The translations under genes and the position numbers were made by a program. The notes beneath the pieces are model-generated. The model ran no database searches. It was not told where the DNA came from and was given only the letters and a program-made list of their open reading frames with translations. Positions 29,641 through 40,305 of a stretch of 64,000 nt of DNA are shown one piece after another. Positions within the stretch are counted from its first letter, which is position 1; each line of letters starts with the position of its first letter. The stretch is from an uncultured Anaerolineales bacterium. GTDB lineage: Bacteria; Chloroflexota; Anaerolineae; B4-G1; SLSP01. The DNA is taken from NCBI GenBank assembly GCA_964437445.1, contig CAYTGR010000019.1, positions 5,502 through 69,501 on the forward strand. Direction: 5' to 3'.

Positions 29641-29922
29641 ATGAAAGCGATCTGGAACGGCGTGGTGATCGCCGAGAGTAACCAACCTATCATTGTGGAG
29701 GGAAATTACTATTTCCCGCCCGATTCCGTCCGGCGCGAATATCTGCGCGACAGCGCCACGCATACGACCTGCGTTTGGAAAGGGGTGGCCAGCTACTACG
29801 ACGTTGTCGTCGGAGACCAGGTCAACAAAGACGCGGCCTGGTATTACCCGGCCCCCAAAGAGGCCGCCAGGCATATCACCAACTACGTAGCCTTCTGGAA
29901 GGGGGTAAAGGTGGTAGAATAG
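29641..29922 (+). CDS. DUF427-domain protein
   Basis: 93 aa with the WKGVASYYDVVVGDQVNKDAAWYYPAPKEAARHI pattern typical of DUF427. AAAGGAG RBS. Confidence 0.55.
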   Translation: MKAIWNGVVIAESNQPIIVEGNYYFPPDSVRREYLRDSATHTTCVWKGVASYYDVVVGDQVNKDAAWYYPAPKEAARHITNYVAFWKGVKVVE

Positions 29923-30111
29923 AACGGCCTGCATCGGCGTTGGAGGCACGCGAACGACCTGAGCGGCGAATCTCAAGCGGGGCGGTGAGAATGATACCTT
30001 ACCGTCCCGCTCTATATGTGCAAAGGGCGGGGCTCTGCCGCAAGTCCTGGGTGAAATGGCGGTTCCCTGGTCCCCGCTTTCTAACCCCTATTTTCAAAGA
30101 GGAGGATTCAG

Positions 30112-31707
30112 ATGACACCTGAAGACAAGGTGCTGGTGCTGCGCCACGCCCGGATTTATACCGGTGTGGATGCGCAGCCCTGGACCACGGCGCTGGCCGT
30201 GGTCAACGGCCGGATTACGGCGACCGGCGAGGCGGCGCTGGCCTGGGCCGCTCTCCCAGGCGCAACCGTGGAGGAGCTGGCGGGCGCTTTGGTGGTGCCC
30301 GGTTTCACCGACGCACATATGCACTTTGCCTGGTATGCCCAGGCGCTGCAGGAACTGGACCTGCGGGACTTGAGCCGGGCCGACTTCTTGCGGTGCGTGG
30401 CGGAGCGCGCGGCAGTGACCCCGCCGGGCAAGTGGCTCCTCGGGCGCGGCTGGGATCAAAATCTGTGGGCCGATGATCGTTTCCCCACTGCCGCAGAACT
30501 GGATGCGGTCGCGCCCCTGCATCCGGTCGCGCTGGTCGCCAAGAGCGCGCACGCGCTGGTCGCCAACAGCGCCGCGCTCCGGGCAGCCGGTATCACCGCG
30601 GCGACCGCTGATCCGCCCCACGGCCGGCTGGGGCGGACGCCTGACGGTGCGCCCGACGGCATGGCCTTTGAGGCGGCCATGGAGCTGGTCCAGGCCGCGA
30701 TCCCTGCCCCGTCTCTCCCGCAGCTGGTGGCGGCCATGGAGTCCGCCCAACCACGTTTGCTGGCGGCGGGTATCACCGGCATCCACGACATGGATGCCGA
30801 ACCGGCCCTGGCAGCGTTCCAGACGTTACGGGCAGAGCAACGGTTGCAGGTGCGGGTGGTCAAGTACATCCCGGTGGCCCGGTTAGATGAGGCTTTAGCG
30901 CTGGGGCTGCGCTCCGGGTTAGGCGACGCCTGGCTCCGTTTGGGCGGGCTCAAATTGTTCACCGATGGCGGGCTGGGTACGCGCACCGGGGCCATGCTCG
31001 CGCCTTACGAGGAGGAGCTGGAGAATTACGGCCTCCTGGCTCTGGAGCCGGAGGCGTTGCAGGCCGTTGTGCGCCGGGCCACTGCCGGGGGACTGGCCCT
31101 GGCGATCCATGCCATCGGTGACCGGGCCAACCGGCTGGCGTTGGACGCTCTGGAGACTGCTCAGCGCGCCCTGGGCGGAATGCCGTTACGCCATCGGATT
31201 GAGCACGTGCAAACGCTCCACCCTGACGATTTCCCGCGCTTAGCCCAGTTGGGTGTCATCGCTTCCATGCAGCCGATTCACGCAACGCACGATTGGCGGA
31301 TGGCGGAGCGGTACCTGGGCCGGCGCACTGCTTATTCCTACGCCTGGCGCTCACTGCTGACCGCCGGCACGGTGCTGGCTTTCGGCTCCGATGCGCCGGT
31401 GGAACCCTTCAGCCCGTTGTTGGGGCTGTATGCTGCGGTGACCCGGCGCCACGAAGACGGCTCGCCGGGATCGGAGGGCTGGTATCCCGAACAGTGTTTG
31501 ACGCTGCCGGAGGCGCTGCGCGCTTACACCTGGGGACCGGCTTACGTCGCCGGGTTGGAGCAAGAGCTGGGACAGCTGGCGCCCGGCTACTGGGCCGACC
31601 TGGTAGTGCTGGATCGTGACCTTTTCGCTGTGTCGCCGGAGGCCTGGTTGGAAGGCCGTGTGTTGCGCACTATGGTCGGCGGGGTCTGGCGTTATCCAGA
31701 ACTGTAG
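30112..31707 (+). CDS. Amidohydrolase family (Amidohydro_3) metal-dependent hydrolase
   Basis: FTDAHMHF metal-binding HxH motif near the N-terminus; C-terminal FGSDAPVEP; 531 aa. GAGGAGGA RBS. Confidence 0.75.
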   Translation: MTPEDKVLVLRHARIYTGVDAQPWTTALAVVNGRITATGEAALAWAALPGATVEELAGALVVPGFTDAHMHFAWYAQALQELDLRDLSRADFLRCVAERAAVTPPGKWLLGRGWDQNLWADDRFPTAAELDAVAPLHPVALVAKSAHALVANSAALRAAGITAATADPPHGRLGRTPDGAPDGMAFEAAMELVQAAIPAPSLPQLVAAMESAQPRLLAAGITGIHDMDAEPALAAFQTLRAEQRLQVRVVKYIPVARLDEALALGLRSGLGDAWLRLGGLKLFTDGGLGTRTGAMLAPYEEELENYGLLALEPEALQAVVRRATAGGLALAIHAIGDRANRLALDALETAQRALGGMPLRHRIEHVQTLHPDDFPRLAQLGVIASMQPIHATHDWRMAERYLGRRTAYSYAWRSLLTAGTVLAFGSDAPVEPFSPLLGLYAAVTRRHEDGSPGSEGWYPEQCLTLPEALRAYTWGPAYVAGLEQELGQLAPGYWADLVVLDRDLFAVSPEAWLEGRVLRTMVGGVWRYPEL

Positions 31708-33728
31708 GCTTTTTTCAGTGCGGCCCGCAGCCAGAGGGCGCTGAGCAACAAACCGGTTACCAGCGTGCCGCCAAAAATGAGGATAAACCGCCGCGCCTGG
31801 GCAGGAGGCAAGCCCACCATCAGGACATAGCTAGGCCACCAATCGCCCAGGCGCGGTGTGGCGGCGTCCAGAAACCACATCAAGGCGGCCTGACTCCAGG
31901 GGTAACGCCAGGTCAGGGGCAAGGGACGAATCGTGCGCCGCGGCACCGGCACGCCGTCGCTCAAAATCTCCAGCCGGCTGATGAAAACGCTCAGCGCCCG
32001 TGGATCACCCTGTTCCAGCGGCTGCCAGGTTGGAGCTGACCATTGCAAGAAGCCAGGGAAAGAAAGCGCTGTGGCCGACAGGCTTACCGTTTCCACCCAT
32101 TGCGTCTCGCGGTCATCGGCTACCAGCAGGTGACGGTCGGCGGTCAGGGGCTGCCCATTATAGACCCAGGTCAGGCCCGTCCAGGGGGTGAGGGCATCGG
32201 CCGGTCGCGGCCGCGAATAGGTCAGGTGCACGGTGACCTCCTGCCGGGGCCTGGCGTAGAGCCACACCTGCCCCTCGGCGGACATCCAGCGGCCCCACGG
32301 CGCCAGGGCGGGCACTTCCGGTTCATAGAACCCCCCCTCCACCCAATAAAACGCTGGTGAGCGGTGCGCAGCATCCTGCCAATACGCTCGCCAGGTCTGA
32401 GTCGCAGCGGGCCAGAGTCGCCATTGTCCCAACAGCACCGAGTCATGAGGACGGTAGAGCTGGTTTTCCAACGGGGTTGGTCCCAGCACAAAGGTGTAAT
32501 AGTTAACCAGCAGCGAGGAAAGCTGAACCCAAAAGCCTATCACGAAGAGGCTGCCAACGACGAGCGATCGCCAGCGCCGGGGCAGGTCCTGTCGCTCCAG
32601 AAAAGCACCCACCGGCAGGAGCAAGAACGGCGTCACGCAGACCAGATAGCGCGGTCCCCAGGCGATCCCCCCCACCCAGACCGGCAAAGCTTCGTTGGGA
32701 TTGGTGATCACACCGTAAAAGAGCGGATAGAGGACCACCAGCGTTAGACTCAGCAACGTCGCCAGCCGTTGCCGCCGCCACCAGGCTCCCCATCCCCACC
32801 AGCTCAACCAGGTCAACGGGGAGAAGAAGAAGAAGCCCTTGCCAGAGCTAAGGAAGAAGCCATATAGACTTTCCACCAGACTGGGGGCGCCCCACCATTC
32901 GTTGACTGAGCCGCGCATCTCAGGCGCAGTATAGCCGGTCTCCAGCCAATCATGAAACCGGAAGTAGTTGAACCCGGCGAGCGCCAGGCCGATGAGCAGC
33001 AAAGGGAGTCCGCCGGCCCAGACGGTGCGCCCCAACCAGCGCCCCGGCGTCGGTTGCCGGCGCCAGAGCAGCAGCAAGTAGAGCGCGAGGGCCGGCGCTG
33101 CCATCACCATCACATACTTGGTCGCGATTCCCAGGCCCAAAGAGGCGGCGCTCACAGCCATCCAGCCGGGCCGGCCGGTTTGCCCATAGCGATAGGCACT
33201 CCAGGCCATCAGCACCAGCCAGAAAGTATGCGCCATTTCGGTGAAGAAAAAGCGGGCATAGGGCGAGATCAGCGTGGTGAGAGCCAGTGCCACCGTTAAA
33301 AAGAGCGCCGTGCGCCGCCGGTAACCCAAATCCAGACTGAAGAGGTAGAACAGGGCCACCGTGGCCGCCCCCAGCAAGCTATTGAGCAGCGTGACAAAAA
33401 AGCGGGTGAAATAAGGTTTAAAGAGAACGGGGAAACCGTGCGCTACCCATGTTCCCAGGGAGTACAGCGGCACGGCCAGCAGGGAATGGAGCGGCGCCGT
33501 AATCGCGTAGAGCCGACCATCATAACCGGAGGTTACCGAGCGGTGAATATCGCCGGCCAGTTCTGGCCCCAACTGGGCAAAGGTTCCCCGCTCCACCAGC
33601 GCTTCGGTGACATGATAGACCGTCTCCCCATCCAGGCTGTCAATGTAACCGTTGCCGGTGAAAGCGTACCAGCAAGCGAACAGGCAGAAAAGCGCTAAAG
33701 CGACTGGTAAATCCCTGCGTGATAACAT
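31692..33728 (-). CDS. GT-C glycosyltransferase, ArnT / PMT_2 (GT39/GT83-like) family
   Basis: Polytopic N-terminal region with DSLDGETVYHVTEALVERGTF (the DE..Y motif of PMT_2/ArnT), followed by a ~300-aa C-terminal extracytoplasmic domain. Confidence 0.65.
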   Translation of the reverse strand: MLSRRDLPVALALFCLFACWYAFTGNGYIDSLDGETVYHVTEALVERGTFAQLGPELAGDIHRSVTSGYDGRLYAITAPLHSLLAVPLYSLGTWVAHGFPVLFKPYFTRFFVTLLNSLLGAATVALFYLFSLDLGYRRRTALFLTVALALTTLISPYARFFFTEMAHTFWLVLMAWSAYRYGQTGRPGWMAVSAASLGLGIATKYVMVMAAPALALYLLLLWRRQPTPGRWLGRTVWAGGLPLLLIGLALAGFNYFRFHDWLETGYTAPEMRGSVNEWWGAPSLVESLYGFFLSSGKGFFFFSPLTWLSWWGWGAWWRRQRLATLLSLTLVVLYPLFYGVITNPNEALPVWVGGIAWGPRYLVCVTPFLLLPVGAFLERQDLPRRWRSLVVGSLFVIGFWVQLSSLLVNYYTFVLGPTPLENQLYRPHDSVLLGQWRLWPAATQTWRAYWQDAAHRSPAFYWVEGGFYEPEVPALAPWGRWMSAEGQVWLYARPRQEVTVHLTYSRPRPADALTPWTGLTWVYNGQPLTADRHLLVADDRETQWVETVSLSATALSFPGFLQWSAPTWQPLEQGDPRALSVFISRLEILSDGVPVPRRTIRPLPLTWRYPWSQAALMWFLDAATPRLGDWWPSYVLMVGLPPAQARRFILIFGGTLVTGLLLSALWLRAALKKAYSSG

Positions 33729-33747
33729 TGCCAGGTCAACGTTTCAT

Positions 33748-34794
33748 TCAACGTTTGGTGGAAGCCGTCATGGCGCGCATTCCATCACGGGTATATTCTG
33801 TGTCTAACCATAGTGCGAACAACAATAATTGCATACCTGACAGAAATAACAACGCAGCCAGCAAGGCACTGGTGGCGGAAGCCGTCCCCACCAGCAGCCG
33901 GTAGACCACCAGGTAGAGGCCCAATGGCAATCCTATGGCGCACAGACTCAAGCCGACCATGTAAAACAGGAGCAGGGGGTGGAAGTCGCGGATCATATAT
34001 TTTTCCCGCAGTCGCCATAAAAACCCCTTCAACAGATACCAGCTCATGGAGGGGATCACCTGCCAGAGCCGGATGCCGGATTTCTCGCCAATGCCATAAA
34101 CCGGGCTGACCGGCACATTGACGACGGGCAGGTTGAAGACATTAAGATGGATCAGCATGGAGTTTTCAAATTCGTAGCCCCGGCTGATCTTATCCAGCGG
34201 CAGCATTTTGAGTGCCCGCAGTGAAACGGCTGTATATCCACCCTGGGCGTCGGCGATATGCCAGTAGCCAGAAGCGATTTTGGTCCAAAGCGAAAGGATG
34301 TTGTTCCCAAAGTAGCGATAACGGGGCATTTTTTCCCAGGCTTCGCCGGTGAAGAGGCGATTGCCTTTAACGTAATCGGCTTCGCCTCTAATCACCGGCT
34401 CAATGACCGAAGCCAGTTCGGCCGGTGCCATTTGGGCATCGCCCGCCATGACCGCCATGACATCCAGCCCCAGGGCTATGGCGCGGCGATAGCCCGAAAT
34501 CACGGCCCCGCCGACTCCTTGATTGACCGGATGGCGGATGAGCTCCAGTTCGGCGTGTATCCGACCGCGATAGCTTTCCACTATTTCAGCGGTGTGATCT
34601 TGACTGGCATCATCTACGACCACAATGTAGTCCACAAAGGGAGGCATGGTTTCCAGGACCCGGCCGATCAATTTTTCTTCATTGTGGGCGGGTACCACCA
34701 CTCCTACATGGGCACCTTCATACATGTTAAATAACAGTTCCTTGTTTTTTTGATTTTGACGGCAATAACTTGCTCCCAGGGCACCGGAGCTCAT
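33748..34794 (-). CDS. GT2 polyprenyl-phosphate glycosyltransferase (GtrB/CsbB/DPM-like) with two C-terminal TM helices
   Basis: VGVVVPAHNEE...VVDDASQDHT...NQGVGGA...ADAQGGY are GT-A motifs, with a hydrophobic C-terminal tail. Start is uncertain: ATG at 34794, 34842 or 34725. Confidence 0.7.
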   Translation of the reverse strand: MSSGALGASYCRQNQKNKELLFNMYEGAHVGVVVPAHNEEKLIGRVLETMPPFVDYIVVVDDASQDHTAEIVESYRGRIHAELELIRHPVNQGVGGAVISGYRRAIALGLDVMAVMAGDAQMAPAELASVIEPVIRGEADYVKGNRLFTGEAWEKMPRYRYFGNNILSLWTKIASGYWHIADAQGGYTAVSLRALKMLPLDKISRGYEFENSMLIHLNVFNLPVVNVPVSPVYGIGEKSGIRLWQVIPSMSWYLLKGFLWRLREKYMIRDFHPLLLFYMVGLSLCAIGLPLGLYLVVYRLLVGTASATSALLAALLFLSGMQLLLFALWLDTEYTRDGMRAMTASTKR

Positions 34795-34810
34795 CTGTTT
34801 GGCGAATCCC

Positions 34811-36022
34811 TTACAGTAATTCCTTGTGCTTCTCTTCCGCAAACCGCCGTAGCCCCTTGATGTGCTGCTCCGGGGTTTCGGTGTTGGCCTGGAAGGCCTC
34901 TTGCACGGCTTTCTCCCACCGGGCTAAGGCATTGCGCAGCTCTTCCCAGAGGGCCGCCAGTTCGGAGTAGTAGAACGCCACCTGTTCATCCAGACTGGCC
35001 ATATGCTCGGCGACCTTTTGCCCGGTCAGGTCTTGGCGGCGCCAGCGATCTTCTTCGGTCACCAGCCGCTTCTGCCAGTCGCGTGCAAAGGCGGCCTGCC
35101 ATTCCTCCCATTGTCGTTTCAGCCGCTCTTCGGCCAGCCGCTGCATTTCGGTGCTCTCGCTTTGGCGCTTGTCTAACCGCGCCTGGAACGCTTCTAACGC
35201 CTCCAACGCCTGTTTGTTTTGATTGTAGAGCAGCGCGTATTTCTGAGTTTGTTCTACCAACCGGGCCAGCTCGGCGTTGACCCGCTCCGCCTGGTCAAAG
35301 TATTGTTTGATCCGTTGTTCACGCTGGAAATCGGAGACGCGCAGTTCTTCAATCTTGGGGTCGTAAGATTTGGCGATTTGGATGGCCTCTTCTACCCGGC
35401 CCGGCAACTTGCGGATGGCATCCTCCAGGCGCACCAGCTTGACGTTCAACTCGTCCACCGTCTTGCGCAGGGGCGGGAGTTCGCCCTCCAGGGCGGCAAG
35501 CCGGCGCGCATCGGCCCGGCGCTGTTCGTCCAGGTAGACAATCAGCTGCAGCCGGTCTTCGGTGCGTTTGGTGAGATCGGTCAACGCTCCTGAGAGCTGC
35601 TGAATCTGTGTCTGCAACCGCTGTTCACCGGCCTCGCGGGCTTTCAGCTGTTCCTCATACCGGAAGAAGGGGCGGATTTTCTTGTCCAGCTCCGCAACCT
35701 GGCTGCTTATGGCTTCCTGTTCCATACGCCGCAGCCGGTCGGATTCCGCTCGCTCGCGCCGGACCTGCTCGCGCAATTCTTCTACCATCCCGGTCAGGTC
35801 GCGGTGACTCTTTTCCACCATGCCCGGGTACTCATCGGTACGGCGGACGTCGGTCCGCAGCACGACGATCTCCTGGCGCAGCGTTTCCAGCTCCTTGGCC
35901 TGTGCCTCAATGACCAGATTTTGCTGCTCAAGGCGCTCCTGTAGCGCCAGAACGAGCGTTTTGTCTTTCTTGCGTTCTTCGTCTAACCAGCGGACTAATT
36001 GTTCCAGTTGCGTGATTTCCAT
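34811..36022 (-). CDS. Hypothetical long coiled-coil protein
   Basis: About 400 aa of heptad-rich Glu/Arg/Leu/Gln sequence. AAGGAG lies 7 nt upstream of the ATG at 36022. Confidence 0.5.
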   Translation of the reverse strand: MEITQLEQLVRWLDEERKKDKTLVLALQERLEQQNLVIEAQAKELETLRQEIVVLRTDVRRTDEYPGMVEKSHRDLTGMVEELREQVRRERAESDRLRRMEQEAISSQVAELDKKIRPFFRYEEQLKAREAGEQRLQTQIQQLSGALTDLTKRTEDRLQLIVYLDEQRRADARRLAALEGELPPLRKTVDELNVKLVRLEDAIRKLPGRVEEAIQIAKSYDPKIEELRVSDFQREQRIKQYFDQAERVNAELARLVEQTQKYALLYNQNKQALEALEAFQARLDKRQSESTEMQRLAEERLKRQWEEWQAAFARDWQKRLVTEEDRWRRQDLTGQKVAEHMASLDEQVAFYYSELAALWEELRNALARWEKAVQEAFQANTETPEQHIKGLRRFAEEKHKELL

Positions 36023-36135
36023 CGTTTCAACTCCTTCATCGTTACGGGTGAACAGTGGGTAGGGAATAGTCAACAGGTGCCGTCAGTCCACTGCCCTGTT
36101 CACTACTCACTGCTCACTGCCCACTGAAAACTAAA

Positions 36136-39100
36136 TCACCGTTTAAGCACCGGCCTGAGTTGAGCGTACTCCTCCGGCGTCAACAGCCGGATGCGCCAGG
36201 CGACCAATCCGTAGATTGCCAGCCCGCCCGCCAGGGCTACCAGGCGGCCCACCGGCAGTAAGGCGAGCGCCGCTGCCCCCATGGCCAGCCCCGCCAGGGC
36301 CGGTCGTGCCACGATGCGCTTCCAGCCGACCGCCCCGACCTGTCGCTGCAGGCCGATGGCGAAGGGTATCAGCAGCGCGAGCTCCGAGAGAATGGTGATC
36401 ACGGCCGAGGCCGGGTAGCCAAAGCGGGGGATGAACAGGAGGTTGGCGAGCACATTGAAGGCCAGGCCGATCACGAAGGCGCGCGTCAGGTAGCGCTGTT
36501 GGCCCAACGCGATGAGCACGTAGTTGGTCAGGCTGTTGATCCAGCCGATGGGAATGGACCAGATCATCAGTTGCAGCGCGATCATGGAGTGGGGGAGATA
36601 GGCCACGTCGCCTAAGATCAGGACCAGTTCTCGCGCCAGCAGCGTGCCGATGAGCGCGGCCGGCAGGGCCAGCGTCACCAGCAGCTTGACGCCGAGCCGG
36701 TAGGAGAAGAGCAGGGCGTTCTGATCCTCGCGGGCCTGCCGTGAGAGGACCGGAAAGACCGCCATCGTGAACATGGCCGGGATGATGTTGAGGGCGTCCA
36801 GAAATTTGTAGGCGGTGCTGTACCAGCCGACCACGGCGCTGCCCTGAATGGCTTCCAGGAGCACAACGTCCACTTTGAAGAAGAGCGTCGCCAGCAGATG
36901 GTTGAGCATCAGCGGCCAGGATTCGGCCATCATGGAACGGCGCAGTGCGCCGTCTGGCTCCCAGTGGGGCTTAAAGAAGAACTTCAGCGCGGCGCCGCCC
37001 AAAATGCCCATGGCCACCAGGTTGATGACGATGGAGGTGCCGGCCAGGCCGACCACTCCCCAGCCTAACAGGAGGACGGCGGCCCCCAACGCGGCCTTGA
37101 GCAGCGCGGAGACTGTGGAGATGGCGGCCGGGTATTCGGCCTTCTCGTAAGCGTAGAAGAGCGAGGTCAGCCCTTTGGCCAGCGAGCCCGGCACCAACCC
37201 GACGTAGAGCAGGGCGATGGCCGTGAGGGTCTGCGCGTTGAGCGCCGGCGCAATCAGCGTCTGGCGCAGCGCGAGGAGCCCCACCAGCAGCGGAATTCCC
37301 CCGATGCTGAGCGCCAACCGCACGGCCGTGGTGTTGAACAGGTAGCGGTTGCTCTGTTCCCGGTTGCAGGCCACCTCGCGGGTCAGATAGGCATCCAGCC
37401 CGAAGTTGGTGAGGATCTCAAACCAGCCGAAGATGACGATGGCGTAGTAGTAATCGCCGGCGTTGGCCGGACCCAGGATACGCAACATCAACGCGGCCAG
37501 GGCAAAGTCAAGCGCCCGGTTGAACAGGTTAAGGACAATCGGCGCGATGCTGTTTTTGGCGACCCGCTGAACGGTTTCGGTGCCGGCGGGTTCGCGGTAA
37601 CCGCGCCGCCAGCCCCACAGAAGTACCAGGAAGAGCCAGACCATCCCGGCCAGGAAGCTGGTGAAGGCACCAACTTTGACGCTGTCGGGGCTATAACGGA
37701 AGCGTACCGTCCAGGCTCCCGGCTCTAATGATACGCCGCGGAAGTTGCCGGCCACCCGTACGATCGGCACTTCCGTCTCCTGGGTCTCGTCGGTCCCGGC
37801 CGGCCGCACGAAGGCTTTCCAGCCGGGGGCGTAGGCGTCCAAGAGGACCAGCCAGGCGGGAAGGTCGGTCTGGGCCTCCACCACCACCTGGTTGATCTCG
37901 TAGGCCACGACGGACTGCGGCTGCGGCTCACCGCGCACCGGCGTGGCCGCCGACCCGCTGCCCGCGTTTCCCTCCACCATCACATAGAAACGCGGATCGT
38001 AGGTCTGGATAAGGGTTTGGATCGCCTCCACGTTGGGCACCACCAGCGTCGCCGATTGCGGCAGCGTGTAAGCGCGGGGCATCACTGCCAGGTTCTCGTA
38101 GACCCTTAGCTCGCCTTGCCGATAGACTTCTTTATACTTGGGCAGCGGGATTTCAATCTCACTGAGGATATACTTCACGTTAAGCAGGTCGGTCAGCGGG
38201 CTATCCAGGCTGTCAAAGCGGGTGAAGGGCGCGATGCGGTTGTATGGCAGCTCGCCCTGCGGCTCAATCCAGCCCATGTAGCGGGCATATTGCGCTGAGA
38301 AGAGGCTGTCATAGCCGCGCACGTCCTGAAAGCCAAAGAGCATCCCCGTGTTGGCGTTGAACGTCTTCGCGCCGAAGGGATCAAACGTGGAGAAGCGCCA
38401 GAGGCCCTGATCCTGCCGCAAAAATTCCACTACCGGTGGCGTCACGGTGAGCAGCGCGGGATCGGTAGCCGGATTGAAGCCGGCGCCGAAGGTCATTTTG
38501 TCCACTACCAGCACCACCACCGCCAGCAGTTCCCAGATCGGGCGGCCGCCCAAGCGCCGGGGCAGATAAATGGGACAGCGTGAGACGCGCAACACAATGC
38601 CGACGGTCAGCAGCATAAAGCCGGCCAACTGGATCCACGGGAAGAGGTACGAATAAAAGGCGCGGTGGTCGGGGAAAGCGTCGGATGCCAGCGCCAGCGC
38701 CCCAAAAGCACGTTCTATCCACGGTTCCACCTGCGCAAAGGCCCAGCGCGAGGCCCACAGCCCGGCCAGCAGCAAGATCCCGCTCCAGAAGGTCAGTGCG
38801 CCCAATGTGCTTACCCAGTTGGGAGTGGCATCTAACCATAAGATCCTTAATGCGGGCTGCGTAGTCCGTTGATTCGTTGGCTCGTTGGTTCGTTGGCTTG
38901 CTGATTCGCTGACCCGTTGCGCCCCGATCCCCGCGAGTGCCGCCATCGCCACCGTGAAGGGGAAGACCCAGCGGAAGGGCGAGTGGGACTGGTTCAGGAA
39001 GGGCAGGGCATAGACCAGCGCGTAAAGCGGCGTCCCAAACATACAGCCCAGCGAAAAAAGCGTCAACAACGTGAAAAACGGCACGTAGGGCTGTTTTAAC

Positions 39101-40305
39101 CAGTTGACCAGGCGGACCCTGATGCGTTGACTCGTTGATTCGCCGCTTTGCTGACTCGCCGGCTCGCCTTTGACCACGGCCAGCAGCGCCAGCAGGAGCG
39201 GCAGCACCCCCAGGTAGACGCCGCCCTCCACATAGTTCTTGATCCCCCAGAAGAATGAGTCAATCGGCTGGCCCTGGGCGTTGACCGTCGCCGGCACCAC
39301 AGCGCCGGTGAAGAGGTCCCGCAGGGTATGGTGGGCGGGGTTGCCGTAGAAGTTGGGGATCAGAAAGGTGATGAGGTGGCGCAGGGGGTAGGCCCAACTG
39401 CGCACCTGGCTCAACGTCACTGCGCCCTGGCGGAAACTGCCGCGTACCGTCTCGTAGAGCGGAATCAGCTGCACCGCGCCGAACCCCAGCCCTAACAATC
39501 CCAGCAGCGCCAGCATCATCAGGGGGGAACCGACCGCCGTCAGCCATTGGGTGCGCGGCGTCGTCGCGGCGGTGTAGACCAGCCGCCAGAGCGCAAACGC
39601 CCCCATCACCAACAGGACGAAATAGGTGATCTCGGCATGGCCGGCCAGTAATTGCAGCCCCAGGGCGGCTGCACCGAGCAACGCCCAGGGCAACGTTGCC
39701 GGTCCGCGGCCGCCGAAGGGAGCCCGCCGCACCGTCAGCTCTATCAGCGCCAGCAGCAGCGGCAGCCAGGAGGCGGCCGCCAGGATCATCGGATGGACGA
39801 CTGAGACGAGCAGGAAGCCGCTGAGCTCAAAGGTAATCCCGGCCAGCAGGGCCCCCAGCCGTCCCGTGCGCAACACCCGGACCAGCACGTACATCCAGAT
39901 GCCGGCCAGCCCTAATTGCACCACCGTAAAAATGCCGTAGGCGCGCGGTAAGGGGAAAAGATAATAGAGGATACTCAGCGGGTAAAGGCCCGAATGTTGC
40001 CCGTTGGCCAGAAACGGATGGCCGGTGAAAAGGTGGGGATCCCAGAGCGGCAGCTGGCCCTGCCGCAGCGCCTGGACGATAAATTGCTTCCAGAGATAAT
40101 TTTCCAGCACGAGATCGGCCAGCAGCCCATTTTGGGGGGCCGTGATTTCTGCCGCCGGGGTCGCCGAACGAAAGGGCTCAAAGCCGTAGTAAATATCACC
40201 GGGCAGGAGCGTTTTACTCCCCAGGGTGACCGGGGCAAACAACAGGAGGGGTAACAGCAGGAGCAGGACGAGACACGCCAGGTCAAGCCAGCGTTGTCGC
40301 GTCAT
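36136..40305 (-). CDS. Fusion membrane protein: YfhO-like GT-C glycosyltransferase (N-terminal ~890 aa) fused to a Wzx/PST-family (MOP superfamily) flippase domain (C-terminal ~480 aa)
   Basis: N-terminus has the YfhO-like pattern (GDIYYGFEPF...QLPLWDPHLFTGHPFLANGQHSGLYPLSILYYLFP). C-terminal 12-14 TM region resembles polysaccharide-biosynthesis flippases (ILGPANAGDYYYAIVIFGWFE...). ATG at 40305 overlaps the stop of the upstream GT2 gene (ATGA). Confidence 0.65.
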   Translation of the reverse strand: MTRQRWLDLACLVLLLLLPLLLFAPVTLGSKTLLPGDIYYGFEPFRSATPAAEITAPQNGLLADLVLENYLWKQFIVQALRQGQLPLWDPHLFTGHPFLANGQHSGLYPLSILYYLFPLPRAYGIFTVVQLGLAGIWMYVLVRVLRTGRLGALLAGITFELSGFLLVSVVHPMILAAASWLPLLLALIELTVRRAPFGGRGPATLPWALLGAAALGLQLLAGHAEITYFVLLVMGAFALWRLVYTAATTPRTQWLTAVGSPLMMLALLGLLGLGFGAVQLIPLYETVRGSFRQGAVTLSQVRSWAYPLRHLITFLIPNFYGNPAHHTLRDLFTGAVVPATVNAQGQPIDSFFWGIKNYVEGGVYLGVLPLLLALLAVVKGEPASQQSGESTSQRIRVRLVNWLKQPYVPFFTLLTLFSLGCMFGTPLYALVYALPFLNQSHSPFRWVFPFTVAMAALAGIGAQRVSESASQRTNEPTNQRTTQPALRILWLDATPNWVSTLGALTFWSGILLLAGLWASRWAFAQVEPWIERAFGALALASDAFPDHRAFYSYLFPWIQLAGFMLLTVGIVLRVSRCPIYLPRRLGGRPIWELLAVVVLVVDKMTFGAGFNPATDPALLTVTPPVVEFLRQDQGLWRFSTFDPFGAKTFNANTGMLFGFQDVRGYDSLFSAQYARYMGWIEPQGELPYNRIAPFTRFDSLDSPLTDLLNVKYILSEIEIPLPKYKEVYRQGELRVYENLAVMPRAYTLPQSATLVVPNVEAIQTLIQTYDPRFYVMVEGNAGSGSAATPVRGEPQPQSVVAYEINQVVVEAQTDLPAWLVLLDAYAPGWKAFVRPAGTDETQETEVPIVRVAGNFRGVSLEPGAWTVRFRYSPDSVKVGAFTSFLAGMVWLFLVLLWGWRRGYREPAGTETVQRVAKNSIAPIVLNLFNRALDFALAALMLRILGPANAGDYYYAIVIFGWFEILTNFGLDAYLTREVACNREQSNRYLFNTTAVRLALSIGGIPLLVGLLALRQTLIAPALNAQTLTAIALLYVGLVPGSLAKGLTSLFYAYEKAEYPAAISTVSALLKAALGAAVLLLGWGVVGLAGTSIVINLVAMGILGGAALKFFFKPHWEPDGALRRSMMAESWPLMLNHLLATLFFKVDVVLLEAIQGSAVVGWYSTAYKFLDALNIIPAMFTMAVFPVLSRQAREDQNALLFSYRLGVKLLVTLALPAALIGTLLARELVLILGDVAYLPHSMIALQLMIWSIPIGWINSLTNYVLIALGQQRYLTRAFVIGLAFNVLANLLFIPRFGYPASAVITILSELALLIPFAIGLQRQVGAVGWKRIVARPALAGLAMGAAALALLPVGRLVALAGGLAIYGLVAWRIRLLTPEEYAQLRPVLKR

